A stretch of 64,000 nt of DNA, taken from an uncultured Candidatus Binatia bacterium. GTDB lineage: Bacteria > Desulfobacterota > Binatia > UBA9968 > JAJDTQ01. The notes below the pieces were generated by a model. That model did not search any database, was not told where the DNA came from, and worked only from the letters and a program-made list of their open reading frames with translations. The translations under genes were made by a program, and so were the position numbers. Shown piece after piece: positions 1-10,589 of this stretch. Position 1 is the stretch's first letter, and every line of letters begins with the position of its first letter. The stretch lies in assembly GCA_965213675.1 (NCBI GenBank), contig OZ243916.1, positions 3,872,001-3,936,000 on the forward strand, written 5' to 3'.

Positions 1-10
1 GAGGTTTGTC

Positions 11-205
11 ATGGACAAGGACACCGAGGAAACCCTGAGCCGGATGTTGCGCCGCGCCGGCCTGGAAATGCCCGAAAGTGATCGCGCGCGCTTCATCCCC
101 ATGCTGGAAACGTACATGGGGAGCCTGGAGAAGCTGCATTCCATCAACCTGGCCGGCGAGCAGGTGGGCGGAGTCTTCCGGGCCGACACGGACGAAGATG
201 GGTAG
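11..205 (+). CDS. Small GatC/AtzG-like amidase partner protein (64 aa)
   Basis: GAGG RBS upstream. The RRAGLEMPESDRARF...LEKL...VF pattern resembles GatC-like peptides, and the gene lies just upstream of an amidase. Confidence 0.5.
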   Translation: MDKDTEETLSRMLRRAGLEMPESDRARFIPMLETYMGSLEKLHSINLAGEQVGGVFRADTDEDG

Positions 206-217
206 GGCGGCGGCCGT

Positions 218-384
218 CTAGGAGCCTGTCGGGATTATCGAATCGTAGCGAGAGGCAGAGGAATGGAGGCCAGTTTCGGGCGGATTTGAGGAGAATATTG
301 GTAATATTGGACGAAAATCCAACCGGAAATGGACCCATTTCGCTGCCTCGCAGCAGATTCTTGATAAACCCGACAGGCTCCTAG
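218..384. mobile_element. MITE family A, copy 1
   Basis: Terminal inverted repeats GAGCCTGTCGGG...CCCGACAGGCTC flanked by CTAG on both sides. A near-identical inverted copy is at 60434-60600. Confidence 0.85.
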
Positions 385-450
385 ACTCTGGACCCGCCCC
401 ACGCGATTCGGGTGCATTCGCGCCTTGTCAAGAATAGTGAAGGAACGGAC

Positions 451-1824
451 ATGTCGGATTTGTGTTTTTCCAGCATTGACAGCATGGCCCCGCGCTTGCA
501 GAAGCGCCAGGTCTCCCCGGTGGAGTTGACCCAAGCCTGTCTCGACCGGATTCGCGCCGTGGACGGCGATCTGCACGCTTTCGTGAACCTCATGGAGGAG
601 AGCGCGCTGGCGGAGGCGCGCACGGCGGAGGAGGAGATTCACAACGGCCGCTACCGTGGCCCGTTGCACGGCATTCCCGTGGCCGTGAAGGACCAGTACG
701 ACGTCCAGGGCGCCCTTTCCATGGTGCGCATCCCTCAGCCGGCAGGCCCGGGAGAGGACTGCGCCGCGGTGCGCCGCCTGCGTGAGGCCGGGGCGGTGAT
801 GCTCGGCAAGCTCAACATGAGCGGTCTGCCCGGAGGCATCAAGGGGGCGCGGAACCCCTGGAACCTCGACCACGTGCCGGGAGGTTCCAGCACCGGCTCC
901 GGCGCCGGCATCGCCGCTGGCCTGTGCCTGGGCTCCATGGGTGAGGACACCGCGGGCTCCATCCGGAACCCGGCGTCCTTCTGCGGCATATCCGGTCTGA
1001 AGCCCACCTACGGGCGGGTCAGCCGCTTTGGGCTGGCGCCGCTGGGCTGGTCGCTGGACACCGCCGGCCCCATGACCCGGGTGGTGGAGGACCTGGCGCA
1101 CATGCTGCAGGTCCTGGCCGGCTTCGATCCCAGGGACCCCACGTCAAGCCCGGTAGAGGTCTCCGACTATACGGCGGACCTGAAGGCCGGGGTCTCGGGC
1201 ATGGTCGTCGGCGTGCCGCGGGATTACTTCAGTCTCATCGACACCGACCCGGAGGTCCTGGACCTTCTGGACAAGGCGCTGGCGGACCTGGAGTCCCTGG
1301 GCGCCAAGGTGCGGGACGTAACGGTGCCGGGCATGGAGTACGCCACCATCGCCAACGGTCTCATCTATTCGTGCGAGTTCTACAACATCTGTCGGGCCGA
1401 CATGGACGCGGTCATGTCGGGCGAGGCTTCGGAATCCCGCCGGGCGCGGCTGTTCATCGGCGCGGTGTCCACCAGCGGCGACTATATCCAGGCCCAGCGG
1501 ATGCGCAGCCGCCTCCGGCGGGAACTGAACGCGGTCTTCCGCGAGGTCCATGTCCTGGCCCTGCCCACCAACCCGGCGCCCGCGCCGCTGGCCGCGGGAT
1601 TGGACGGCCTCGACGCGGTGAACAAGATGCTGAGTCCGGACTACCCGTCGCCGGCGAACCTTGCCGGTGTCCCGGCGTTGGCCATCCCGTCCGGTTTCAG
1701 TTCCACAGGTCTCCCGGTGGGCATGCAATTCTGGGGCAGGGCCTTTGCCGAGTCCACACTGCTCAGGGTGGGTTATGCCTATCAGCAGCATGCCCGCTGG
1801 TTCGAGCGCCGGCCGCCGATGTAG
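451..1824 (+). CDS. Amidase (amidase signature family)
   Basis: GPLHGIPVAVKD, PGGSSTGS and GEDTAGSIRNPA motifs (Ser-cisSer-Lys triad). AAGGA RBS before ATG 451. Confidence 0.9.
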   Translation: MSDLCFSSIDSMAPRLQKRQVSPVELTQACLDRIRAVDGDLHAFVNLMEESALAEARTAEEEIHNGRYRGPLHGIPVAVKDQYDVQGALSMVRIPQPAGPGEDCAAVRRLREAGAVMLGKLNMSGLPGGIKGARNPWNLDHVPGGSSTGSGAGIAAGLCLGSMGEDTAGSIRNPASFCGISGLKPTYGRVSRFGLAPLGWSLDTAGPMTRVVEDLAHMLQVLAGFDPRDPTSSPVEVSDYTADLKAGVSGMVVGVPRDYFSLIDTDPEVLDLLDKALADLESLGAKVRDVTVPGMEYATIANGLIYSCEFYNICRADMDAVMSGEASESRRARLFIGAVSTSGDYIQAQRMRSRLRRELNAVFREVHVLALPTNPAPAPLAAGLDGLDAVNKMLSPDYPSPANLAGVPALAIPSGFSSTGLPVGMQFWGRAFAESTLLRVGYAYQQHARWFERRPPM

Positions 1825-1907
1825 TGCCCTGCGTCACGGATGAGTTTCACAAGTGGCGCTTCCAGGCTGCAATTTCGCCGGAACTCGGCCGACAAGGAGG
1901 GTGCCCA

Positions 1908-3350
1908 ATGGTGGAGAATGACCTGGAAACGCTGACCATCGCCGAGGCGGCCCCGAAGGTCCGGGCCGGGGAAATCTCGCCAGTGGAACTCACGAAGCTC
2001 CATATCGAGCGCATCGAGCGGCTCAATCCGATGCTCAGCGCCTATCTCACGCCGACCCCCGAGAGCGCGCTGGCGGAGGCAGCCACCGCCGAGAAGGAGA
2101 TCCGCGCCGGCGACTACCGCGGCCCGCTCCACGGCATACCCGTGGCCATCAAGGACAATCTCGCCACCCGCGGGGTGCGCACCACGGCCGGCGCCAAGGC
2201 GCTGTCGGAGTGGATTCCGGACTACGATGCCACGGTGGTGACCCGGCTGCGGCAGGCCGGGGCGGTGAGCCTGGGCAAGACCCAGATGCACGAGTGGGCC
2301 AAGGGGAGCCACGGGATCAACCCCTTCTACGGCACCCCGTGCAACCCCTGGAACCGGGAGCGGATCCCTGGCGGCTCCAGCAGCGGCTCGGCCGTGGCCG
2401 TGGCCGCGGGCCTGTGCATGGCGTCGGTGGGCACCGATGCCGCCGGATCGGTGCGAAATCCAGCCTCCCTGTGCGGCATCGTCGGGCTCAAACCCACCTA
2501 CGGGCGTATCAGCGTATTCGGCGGCGTGCCCGGCACGGGCGGCTATTCCACCAACCACTTCGGTCCGCTGACCCGCACTGTGGCCGACTGCGCGGCGATG
2601 ATGCAGGTCATTGCCGGACCAGACCCTCTGGACCCGTTGAGTTCCACGGCGCCGGTGCCCGACTACGCCGCGAGTCTCGGGAGGTCGGTCGAGGGAATGC
2701 GCGCCGGCATCATCGAGGGCTACTTCGAGAAGTTTGCCTCACACGAGGTCCGGCAAGCCTTTGCGGCGGCCCTCGACACGCTGCGTTCCCTGGGGATGAC
2801 GGTGGAGGAAGTCCACGTTCCCCACATGGACCTGATACCCGCGGTGCAGCTCTGCGCCAGCCGGGTGGAGAGTACCGGCGACGCCGAATACTATCTGCGG
2901 CGCCACGCCCGGGACTACAGCCCCGGCATGCTTTCCACCCAGATCCAGGCGCTGACGGTGTCCGGGCTGGCCTACAACCAGTCGCAACGTATCCGCCGGC
3001 TCATCTGTGACGGGTTCGACGAGGCCCTGGAGACGGTGGACGTGATCGTGGCGCCGACCTCACCGGTGCCAGCCATTTCCATGACTGATTCGCAGGCCGG
3101 CTACGTCACCGTGGACGGAACGAAGACGCCGCTCCAGGGACCCTATGGCAATTTTCTGACGCTGTGCACCATCCCGTTCAACGTCAATGGCCTGCCGTCT
3201 CTGAGCATCAACGGCGGCTTTTCGAAGGACGGCCTGCCCATCGGCGTACAGATCGCGAGCGGTTCGTTTCGTGAGGATACGGTCCTGCGTGTGGCCCACG
3301 CCTACGAGCAGGCCTCGCCTGTCACCGGCAAAGCCCCGCCGCTCCCGTAG
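1908..3350 (+). CDS. Amidase (amidase signature family), second paralogue
   Basis: GPLHGIPVAIKD, PGGSSSGSA and GTDAAGSVRNPA motifs. AAGGAGG RBS before ATG 1908. Confidence 0.9.
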   Translation: MVENDLETLTIAEAAPKVRAGEISPVELTKLHIERIERLNPMLSAYLTPTPESALAEAATAEKEIRAGDYRGPLHGIPVAIKDNLATRGVRTTAGAKALSEWIPDYDATVVTRLRQAGAVSLGKTQMHEWAKGSHGINPFYGTPCNPWNRERIPGGSSSGSAVAVAAGLCMASVGTDAAGSVRNPASLCGIVGLKPTYGRISVFGGVPGTGGYSTNHFGPLTRTVADCAAMMQVIAGPDPLDPLSSTAPVPDYAASLGRSVEGMRAGIIEGYFEKFASHEVRQAFAAALDTLRSLGMTVEEVHVPHMDLIPAVQLCASRVESTGDAEYYLRRHARDYSPGMLSTQIQALTVSGLAYNQSQRIRRLICDGFDEALETVDVIVAPTSPVPAISMTDSQAGYVTVDGTKTPLQGPYGNFLTLCTIPFNVNGLPSLSINGGFSKDGLPIGVQIASGSFREDTVLRVAHAYEQASPVTGKAPPLP

Positions 3351-3360
3351 GAGCTTGCGC

Positions 3361-3390
3361 TGTAGGGGCGACCCGCGGGTCGCCCCTACA
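3361..3390. repeat. GTAG-type REP-like palindrome
   Basis: TGTAGGGGCGACCCGCGGGTCGCCCCTACA is a perfect palindrome in an intergenic position. Confidence 0.75.
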
Positions 3391-3434
3391 GCCGGCAGAT
3401 CGGTTCGTTGCCACGGGTCGAAAAGGAGAAGATC

Positions 3435-4523
3435 ATGAACGGTTTCATCGACGCGGACACCCACGTCATCGAATCGGAAGCAATCTGGGAACTCATGGAC
3501 AAGGATCTCTACGACCGCCGGCCGATTCTGCTCAAGGCCCCCGGCGACACCGAGTACCAGACTTCCAACGCGTTCTGGCTCATCGACGGCCAGATCTTTC
3601 CCAAGTCCGTGGGCAAGGGCAGCGCCCGGCTCAGTACTCCAGCGGAGCAGGAGCGGCAGTGGACGCGCCAGGACATCGACCTGGGCGTGCGCCAGTTGAC
3701 CGATCCGGCGGCGCGGGTGCGGGAGCTGGACAAGCGCGGCGCCGCCGCCGAGGTCATCTACTCCACCCTATGGGGCGTCTATCTCACCGATGACGTGGAT
3801 CTCGACGTGGCCCTGTGCCGCGCCTACAACACCTGGATGGGGCAGGCTTGGGCCCAGGGCGACAACCGCCTGCGCTGGACCGCGGTGTTTCCGCTGACCT
3901 CCATCGACGAGTCCATCCAGCAGTTGCACTACGCCAGGGAACACGGCGCCGTGGGCGTGAACATGCGCGGCATCGAAGGGGACCGCTCCCTGGCCGAGCC
4001 GTACTTCTTTCCGCTCTACGAGGAAGCGAGCCGCCTGGATTTCCCCATCTGCATCCACATCGGCGCGGGCTCGCCGGCCATCTCCAGCGTTTTCGACGTG
4101 CGCGTGAGCCACACGCTGCCGCACCTGCGCATGCTGCCCCTCATCGCCTTCCGCGACCTCGTGGCCAACCGCATCCCCGAGAAGTTCCCCGGCCTGCGTT
4201 TCGGCTTCGTCGAGGCGGGCGCGTCCTGGGTGCCTTACCTGCTGCATCAGCTCCGGCGCACCACCCGGGGGCAGGGCATTCCCATCGGTCCGGAGCTGTT
4301 CGAAAAATGCCGCATGTGGGTGGTGTGCGAGGTAGACGAAGACCTGCCGATGCTGCTCCACTACATCCACGAAGACCACATCATGATCGGCTCGGACTAC
4401 GGCCACCTCGACCAGTCCTTCGAGGACAACGTCGCCGCCAAGCTGCGCGCCCGCGACGACCTCCCGCCGCGGGTGGTGGAGAAGATCCTTTGCGACAACG
4501 CCCGGACGTTCTACGGGATGTAG
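3435..4523 (+). CDS. Amidohydrolase family protein (amidohydro_2-like)
   Basis: N-terminal IDADTH, plus ICIHIG, FVEAG and GSDYGH metal-binding motifs. Confidence 0.85.
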   Translation: MNGFIDADTHVIESEAIWELMDKDLYDRRPILLKAPGDTEYQTSNAFWLIDGQIFPKSVGKGSARLSTPAEQERQWTRQDIDLGVRQLTDPAARVRELDKRGAAAEVIYSTLWGVYLTDDVDLDVALCRAYNTWMGQAWAQGDNRLRWTAVFPLTSIDESIQQLHYAREHGAVGVNMRGIEGDRSLAEPYFFPLYEEASRLDFPICIHIGAGSPAISSVFDVRVSHTLPHLRMLPLIAFRDLVANRIPEKFPGLRFGFVEAGASWVPYLLHQLRRTTRGQGIPIGPELFEKCRMWVVCEVDEDLPMLLHYIHEDHIMIGSDYGHLDQSFEDNVAAKLRARDDLPPRVVEKILCDNARTFYGM

Positions 4524-4619
4524 CGTCGTGTCTCGTGCCGCCCCGTTCATTCGCAAGATAACCTGCCGGTCTTCGCTGTCGCCGGTGATCCCGCGGCGAG
4601 GATGAAGCCGAAGCAACAA

Positions 4620-4678
4620 GAGCTTGCGCCCCAGGAATTCGCAAAAGCGACAGCCGCGATTTCCTGGGGCGCAAGCTC
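4620..4678. mobile_element. Internally deleted derivative of MITE family B
   Basis: GAGCTTGCGCCCCAGGAA...TTCCTGGGGCGCAAGCTC inverted ends match the family B termini and are followed by CTGG. Confidence 0.65.
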
Positions 4679-4707
4679 CTGGCACGGGCACGAGGAGGGC
4701 GGACGTC

Positions 4708-5706
4708 ATGCAATACAGGACGCTGGGTAGCACGGGCCTTCGCGTCTCCGAGATCGGATTCGGCTGCGGCAACGTGGGTGGGTTGATGGTGCGGGGGAGC
4801 CGCGACGAACAAGTCGGCGCGGTCCGGCATGCGCTGGCCTTGGGCATCAACTACTTCGACACGGCACGAGCCTACGGCGAGGGCAAGTCGGAGACCCACC
4901 TTGGGCGCGTGCTCGACGAGGTCGGCGAAGAGGTGGTTCTTTCCACCAAGATTCGTCTCGAAGGCGACGCTCTGGGTGATGTCGCCGCGGCCGCCAGGTC
5001 TGAGGTCCAACAGGGACTCGGTCGTCTCGGACGCACCTCGGTAGACCTGATCCAGCTCCACACCCGGCTGACCCTGAAGCGCGAAGAAGGACGCTTCGCC
5101 ATGACTCCTGACGAGGTGCTGGGGCCGGGGGGCGTGGTCGAGGCGTTCAAGCGTCTGCGCGATGAGGGCCGCGTGGGCTTCTTCGGGTTCACCGGCCTGG
5201 GCGAGGTCGAGGCCATCCACGCGCTGGTGGACAGCGGCGAGTTCCACTCCTTTCAGGCCTACTACAATCTGCTCAATCCCAGCGCCGGGCAACCCGTGCC
5301 CCCGGGCTTCAGCGCCCTGGACTACGGACGGGTGATCGACCGCGCCGCGGCCCAGGGCATGGGCGTCGTGGTCATCCGGGTGCTGGCCGCGGGCGTGCTG
5401 AGCCCGACGCCCGAGTCGGGAGGCGGGACCAGCCGCGAGCCCCTGTCCGCGGGTTCGGACTACGAGCGCGACGTCGCCCGCGCCCACAAGCTCGGCTTTA
5501 TGAAGGACCACGGGCTGGAGTCCCTGCCGCAAGCCGCCATGCGCTTCGCGCTCATGAAGCCCGAGGTGAGTACGGTGCTGGTGGGGTTCTCCAACAACGG
5601 GCAGATCGACGAGGCGGTGACCTGTTCCGGCGCCGGTCCGCTGCCCGAGGCCGCCATGGCCGGCTTGCGCGAGATGTGGGACAGCGATTTCGGGGAGCGT
5701 GTGTAG
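4708..5706 (+). CDS. Aldo/keto reductase
   Basis: MQYRTLGSTGLRVSEIGFG, GINYFDTARAYG and DLIQLH motifs. Confidence 0.9.
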   Translation: MQYRTLGSTGLRVSEIGFGCGNVGGLMVRGSRDEQVGAVRHALALGINYFDTARAYGEGKSETHLGRVLDEVGEEVVLSTKIRLEGDALGDVAAAARSEVQQGLGRLGRTSVDLIQLHTRLTLKREEGRFAMTPDEVLGPGGVVEAFKRLRDEGRVGFFGFTGLGEVEAIHALVDSGEFHSFQAYYNLLNPSAGQPVPPGFSALDYGRVIDRAAAQGMGVVVIRVLAAGVLSPTPESGGGTSREPLSAGSDYERDVARAHKLGFMKDHGLESLPQAAMRFALMKPEVSTVLVGFSNNGQIDEAVTCSGAGPLPEAAMAGLREMWDSDFGERV

Positions 5707-5744
5707 CTTGCGAGTCGTTGTCACGCGGAGACGTGATGCATGCG

Positions 5745-6065
5745 TCAGCGCCCTTGGCCGATGCGCTGCACATGCTCCTGCACCACCTCGCGCGGACACA
5801 GGGCGATGAATCCCTTGGCTCCCAGAAACGACAAAAACAGGTCGTCGAAGTATCCCAGGGCGGGCAAGATGTCGGGGACGAAGTCCGCCGGCATGACCAG
5901 GTAGGCAAACACGCCCAGCGCCAGCAGCTTGGCCTTGAGGCCCACCCGGGGGTCCTTGAACAGCCGCCAGAAGAGCCGCAGGAAGCTGGGCAGGTGCTGC
6001 ACCAGCCCCAACAGCCGGCGCGGCCCGAGACGCAGGAGGTAGGCGAGGGAACTCAGTCGAATCAT
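5745..6065 (-). CDS. YkvA/DUF1232 family small membrane protein
   Basis: DPRVG..AK...AYLVMPADFVPDILPALGYFDD motif. Confidence 0.85.
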   Translation of the reverse strand: MIRLSSLAYLLRLGPRRLLGLVQHLPSFLRLFWRLFKDPRVGLKAKLLALGVFAYLVMPADFVPDILPALGYFDDLFLSFLGAKGFIALCPREVVQEHVQRIGQGR

Positions 6066-7033
6066 GGTCTCTTGGGTGGCGCCGGGGATTCGGGCGCCGC
6101 CTGTGGGCCCTTCCGGAAGAGCGCGCCGCGGTCTCCCGCCAGGAACCCCTGCCCGTCTCGTATGGCCAGGGCGGTAAGTCTTTCGGGGGTGCCGAGTCGG
6201 GTGCGTTGCCACCGGACGCCGTCCCAGCCGAACAGGGCGCCCGCCGCGCCCGCGGCCCAGCATTCGGTGGGCGAAGCGCACGCGACCGAACGCAGCCGAA
6301 AGAGGGAGCCGGGCACAGCCGACTTCTTCCACGCCGCTCCGTCGTACTCGAAGATCGCGCCGTGGTCGCCCACGGCCCAGCCCCGGCCGTCGCCCGCAAG
6401 GACCACGTCGTACATGCGCGGGATGTCCGGCATGTCCGACTTCTTCCAGCGGCTGCCGTCCCAGCGCGCGAAGAACCCTTCGCCCACCATCCAGCCCGAG
6501 CGACGCGACGCAAAGGCCAAGCCGTAGATGCGCGCCTTGCCTGCCGGGCTTCGGGCATGACGCCACTCCTTGCCGTCCCACTCGATGAGGCGTCCGTCCC
6601 GGGTGCCCGCGAAGCACCGATCCGGGGCCGCGCACCCGGCGCCCCGGAGCCTTCCCTCCGACGGCTTGCGCCGGGCCAGGGGATTGCTCACCCGTGTCCA
6701 CGCGGTGCCGTCGTAATGCAGCGACAAGGCGTCATCGCCGAACACCCACACGTCGTCCGGCGCATTCACCACGAACTTCCTCGGGCTCACCCTGGCCGGA
6801 TGGTCCACCGCGTGCATGCGGCTGCCGTCCCAGCGGAGCAGCCGGCCGTCTCGTGTGCCGAGGAATGCCTGGCCTCTGTCGAGGATGCCCACCGCGGTGA
6901 CGTCCGGGGGAGGCTTGTTGCCCTTGCGCGGGCTGTGCCAGGCGACCCTCTCCCAAGCACCCGCCCCAACGGGCAGTGCGAGACAGGCAGCGAGCAGCAA
7001 CGCGGCGCCGCGGGTTCGAGGCAATGGTGTCAT
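6062..7033 (-). CDS. Secreted beta-propeller repeat protein (YCF48/BNR-like WDG repeats)
   Basis: Signal-peptide-like N-terminus and about 7 repeats of G..G.L..WDG..W. Confidence 0.7.
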   Translation of the reverse strand: MTPLPRTRGAALLLAACLALPVGAGAWERVAWHSPRKGNKPPPDVTAVGILDRGQAFLGTRDGRLLRWDGSRMHAVDHPARVSPRKFVVNAPDDVWVFGDDALSLHYDGTAWTRVSNPLARRKPSEGRLRGAGCAAPDRCFAGTRDGRLIEWDGKEWRHARSPAGKARIYGLAFASRRSGWMVGEGFFARWDGSRWKKSDMPDIPRMYDVVLAGDGRGWAVGDHGAIFEYDGAAWKKSAVPGSLFRLRSVACASPTECWAAGAAGALFGWDGVRWQRTRLGTPERLTALAIRDGQGFLAGDRGALFRKGPQAAPESPAPPKRP

Positions 7034-7107
7034 GGGGTTGGTCCGCCTTGTCCGGCTTCTCCTTGCCGAGAACGAACATTCCTGCGGCACAAGCAGTCGC
7101 GGCCTCG

Positions 7108-7758
7108 CTAACCCGCGGCGTTGGCGCCGGTGTCCCAGAGCGCCAGCAGTTCACGTGCGTTCACCACGTCGGCGAACCGCTCCATGCGCTGCAACGCTTC
7201 GCGGTGCGCGTTCTCGCGGTTGGTGCCGACGCAGTCGCGCGCCACGATCATGGACAGGCCGCGGTAGAATCCGTCCCGGACGCTGCCTTCCACGCCCGAG
7301 TCCGTGCGGCAGCCCACGACCACGACGGTGTCCCGGTTCCAGTTGTCCAACAACTGTTCGAACTCGGTGCCGAGAAAAATGGTGGGCCGGCGCTTCTCGA
7401 TGCGGATGTCATCGTCGTCGGGTTGGAAGGGCTCGATGAGTTGCCAGCCGAAGCTGCCGCGGGCGCGCCGCGGCGCCAGCTCGCTCGGATGGCCGACGCC
7501 TTGATCCTTCATGGCGCGCCGGATCATGGCCGGGGCCTCGTCGCGCCACGCGTAGGGCGTGGCGAAGGCGTAGACCACGGGCACGCCGGCGCCCTTGGCT
7601 GCGGCGATGAGCGGGGGTGTGGCGCGCAGGAACTCCTCCTTGTTGAACGAACTGCCGGCCTGATCGTTCTGCATGTCCCACACCAGCAGGACGGCCCTTC
7701 GCGGGTCCGCCACCTCGGCGAGGGTCACGGGAATGGTTCTGCCTGCGAATTCAATCAT
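7108..7758 (-). CDS. Isochorismatase/cysteine hydrolase family protein
   Basis: [16 protein letters not shown] and [17 protein letters not shown] motifs. Confidence 0.85.
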   Translation of the reverse strand: MIEFAGRTIPVTLAEVADPRRAVLLVWDMQNDQAGSSFNKEEFLRATPPLIAAAKGAGVPVVYAFATPYAWRDEAPAMIRRAMKDQGVGHPSELAPRRARGSFGWQLIEPFQPDDDDIRIEKRRPTIFLGTEFEQLLDNWNRDTVVVVGCRTDSGVEGSVRDGFYRGLSMIVARDCVGTNRENAHREALQRMERFADVVNARELLALWDTGANAAG

Positions 7759-7961
7759 GGTTCCTGGCAATCATGGTTCGTGGGCTTGACGGACGTCGGG
7801 ACGTGCGGCAGGAGCGCCGGAAGCGGATCGTGGCAGAGGATAACCACGGGCCGAAACGGTGTCAACAAGGCACTCCAGCCGTTTTTGACAATGTCCGGGG
7901 TTCGCGCTACTTGTACGTGTCGAATTGGCTCTATTCGGAGAGAGTTCAGGGAGAGTGGCGG

Positions 7962-9572
7962 ATGGAAACTCGCGATGGCATCCAGGCCTCGGTACGTATC
8001 AGCGGGAACAACGGCCCCGACAAGGCGGACCCTTCGTTCCGCGCGAGGGATCCCCTGACGGTGGTGATCTTCGGGGCGTCGGGTGATCTGAGCAAGCGCA
8101 AGCTGATCCCGGCGCTGTACCATCTGGAGCAGACGGGTTATCTGCCCGAGCGTTACGCGGTGGTGGGCTTCTCGCGCACGGAAATGACCGACGAGGCGTA
8201 CCGGGAACGCATGATCGGCGAGATGCGCCAGGACTTCACCGAGGTGGACGCTGCCAGTCCCCTGTTCGGGGCGCTGCACTACCAGCCGGGCAACAACACC
8301 GACATGGAGTCCTTTCATCGGCTCAAGGCCCGGCTCGACGCCCTCGACGCCGAACGCGACCTCCCCGGCAACCGGCTGTTCTACCTCTCGGTGGCGCCGG
8401 AGTTCTTCACGCCCATCATCCGGAACCTCCGCGCCGCGGGCCTGATACGGAAACCCGAAGAGCCCCAGTGGTCCCACGTCATTATCGAGAAGCCCTTCGG
8501 CCACGATCTCGAAAGCGCGCGGCAGATGAACGAGGACGTCACCGACATCCTCGACGAGAGTCAGATCTACCGCATCGACCATTACCTCGGGAAAGAGACC
8601 GTCCAGAACATCCTGAGCTTCCGCTTTGGCAACGCGATTTTCGAGCCGCTGTTCAACCAGAAGTACGTGGAGAACGTACAGATTACCGTGGCCGAGACCT
8701 TGGGCATGGAGGGTCGCCGCGGCGCGTTCTACGACAACGCCGGAGCGTTGCGCGACATCGTGCAGAACCACATGCTGCAACTCCTGTGCCTCATCGCCAT
8801 GGAGCCGCCGGCGGCGGTGGAGCCCGTGTCCATCCGCGACGAAAAGGTGAAGCTTCTGCGCGCGCTGGTGCCCTGGGGCACGCCCGAGGAGGTCAGGGAT
8901 AACACCGTGCGGGGGCAGTACGGCTTCGGCGAGTTGCGCGGCGACGTGGTCAAGGGCTACCGCCAGGAAGACGGCGTGGCCGAGCGCTCCAACACCGAGA
9001 CCTACGTGGCGCTGCGCGCCAAGATCGACAACTGGCGCTGGGCCGGCATCCCCTTCGTGCTGCGCACCGGCAAGCGCTTGCGCAACCGGGTGTCGGAGAT
9101 CGCCGTGCAGTTCAGGCATCCACCGCTGCGGCTGTTCCGCGATCAGGCGGTGCCCAACGGCAACGCCATGGCCGCGGCCAGCGCCAACGTGCTGATCCTG
9201 CGCATCCAGCCCCGGGATGGGATCAGCCTGTCCTTCGCGTGCAAGCGCCCGGGGATGCAGATCGATCTGGCCAAGGTCAACATGGACTTCATGTACGAGG
9301 CCTTCGAGCAGCGTTCCCCCGAGGCGTACGAACGGCTGCTGCTGGACGCCATGCGCGGCGACGCGTCGCTGTTCACCCGCTCCGACGAAGTGGACTACGC
9401 GTGGCGCTTCACCGACGCGATCCTGTCAGGCTGGCAGGAACTGCCCGCGCCGCGTTTCCCCAACTACTATCCGTTCACCGACGGCCCCGACGAGGCCGAC
9501 CGGTTGCTGCGGGACAGCAGCACGGGTTGGCGCCAGTTGAGCCAGATGGGGATCGCCGAAGTCGGCCGATAG
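7962..9572 (+). CDS. zwf: Glucose-6-phosphate 1-dehydrogenase
   Basis: [18 protein letters not shown] and [14 protein letters not shown] motifs. Confidence 0.95.
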   Translation: METRDGIQASVRISGNNGPDKADPSFRARDPLTVVIFGASGDLSKRKLIPALYHLEQTGYLPERYAVVGFSRTEMTDEAYRERMIGEMRQDFTEVDAASPLFGALHYQPGNNTDMESFHRLKARLDALDAERDLPGNRLFYLSVAPEFFTPIIRNLRAAGLIRKPEEPQWSHVIIEKPFGHDLESARQMNEDVTDILDESQIYRIDHYLGKETVQNILSFRFGNAIFEPLFNQKYVENVQITVAETLGMEGRRGAFYDNAGALRDIVQNHMLQLLCLIAMEPPAAVEPVSIRDEKVKLLRALVPWGTPEEVRDNTVRGQYGFGELRGDVVKGYRQEDGVAERSNTETYVALRAKIDNWRWAGIPFVLRTGKRLRNRVSEIAVQFRHPPLRLFRDQAVPNGNAMAAASANVLILRIQPRDGISLSFACKRPGMQIDLAKVNMDFMYEAFEQRSPEAYERLLLDAMRGDASLFTRSDEVDYAWRFTDAILSGWQELPAPRFPNYYPFTDGPDEADRLLRDSSTGWRQLSQMGIAEVGR

Positions 9573-9596
9573 CGCCTGCGCCGGATCAAACAAGGG

Positions 9597-10475
9597 GTGA
9601 TGGAGTTGCGAACGGAATTTCGCGACGGGACCTTCGAGATCGACGGGACCCGGGTGCATTATCTGGAGGCCGGCGACCCGGAGCAGGAGACCTGCGTCTT
9701 CGTTCACGGCAACCGGGACCACTGTCACAGTTGGGACTTTTTGCTGGAGTCCTTCGAGAAGGCGGGCTTCAGCCTCCCTCACATGGTAGCCCTGGACCTG
9801 CGCGGCCACGGCGACAGCGGCTGGGTCGGCCAGGAGCGCGGCTACCGGCACGAGGACTTCGTGCTGGACGTCGTGGGTCTGTTGCGCCACCTCAAGAAGG
9901 ACCGGATCACGCTCGTGGCCCACTCCCTGGGCGGCAGCATGGCCGTGGTCTTCGCCGGCGCGTTGCCGGAGAAGGTGACGCGGCTCGTGATCGTCGAGTC
10001 GGCGGGTCCCTACGGGCGCACGGAGCGCGAGACGCCCGAGCTCTTTGGCCGCTGGACCCGCGACGACGGCTCCGACACGATCCTGACCTACTACGCCACC
10101 GTGGCGCAGGCGGCCGGCGCGATTCGCCGGCGTTTCCCGCTGATCCCGAACCGGGTGGCGATGCACATGGCGCGCCACGGCACCCGTCCGACTCTGAACG
10201 GGCGGGTGTGGAAATACGATCCGCGGGCGCGGAACCCGTCGTATTCGTCCCTCTCCGAGGCCCAGGTCCAGGCATTCATCGAGCGTATCGACTGTCCCAC
10301 GCTGCTGGTGTTCGGAGCCGAGTCCGGCTACCGGGAATCGCCCCGCTACAACCGGGTCGCGCACTTTCCCAACAAGACCCTGGTGGAAATCCCCGGCGCG
10401 GGCCATCACGTGCAACACGAAAAACCCGACGAGCTGGCCGCCGTGCTGATCCCGTTTCTGAGCAGCCACGGTTGA
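9597..10475 (+). CDS. Alpha/beta hydrolase
   Basis: VFVHG, DLRGHGDS, AHSLGG and GAGHHVQHE motifs. Confidence 0.9.
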   Translation: MMELRTEFRDGTFEIDGTRVHYLEAGDPEQETCVFVHGNRDHCHSWDFLLESFEKAGFSLPHMVALDLRGHGDSGWVGQERGYRHEDFVLDVVGLLRHLKKDRITLVAHSLGGSMAVVFAGALPEKVTRLVIVESAGPYGRTERETPELFGRWTRDDGSDTILTYYATVAQAAGAIRRRFPLIPNRVAMHMARHGTRPTLNGRVWKYDPRARNPSYSSLSEAQVQAFIERIDCPTLLVFGAESGYRESPRYNRVAHFPNKTLVEIPGAGHHVQHEKPDELAAVLIPFLSSHG

Positions 10476-10589
10476 CGCCCGCGCCGCGCGAAGGGCGTAC
10501 GCGTCGCCCCCGTTCCGGCATTCCCGCGACTGCGATCGGGGGCGGGGATCCAGGTGGCCGTTACCCAACCTTCGCAAACAGGAGGAACC

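Noticed and set aside
144-338. Short ORFs MGPFPVGFSS... repeated at ~60.5 kb, and the ...RSIEENI... ORFs at 17 and 51 kb
   Set aside because: They are translations of MITE sequence, not independent genes.
11-3350. gatCAB operon
   Set aside because: There is no gatB, and the two amidases are divergent paralogues in a catabolic context.
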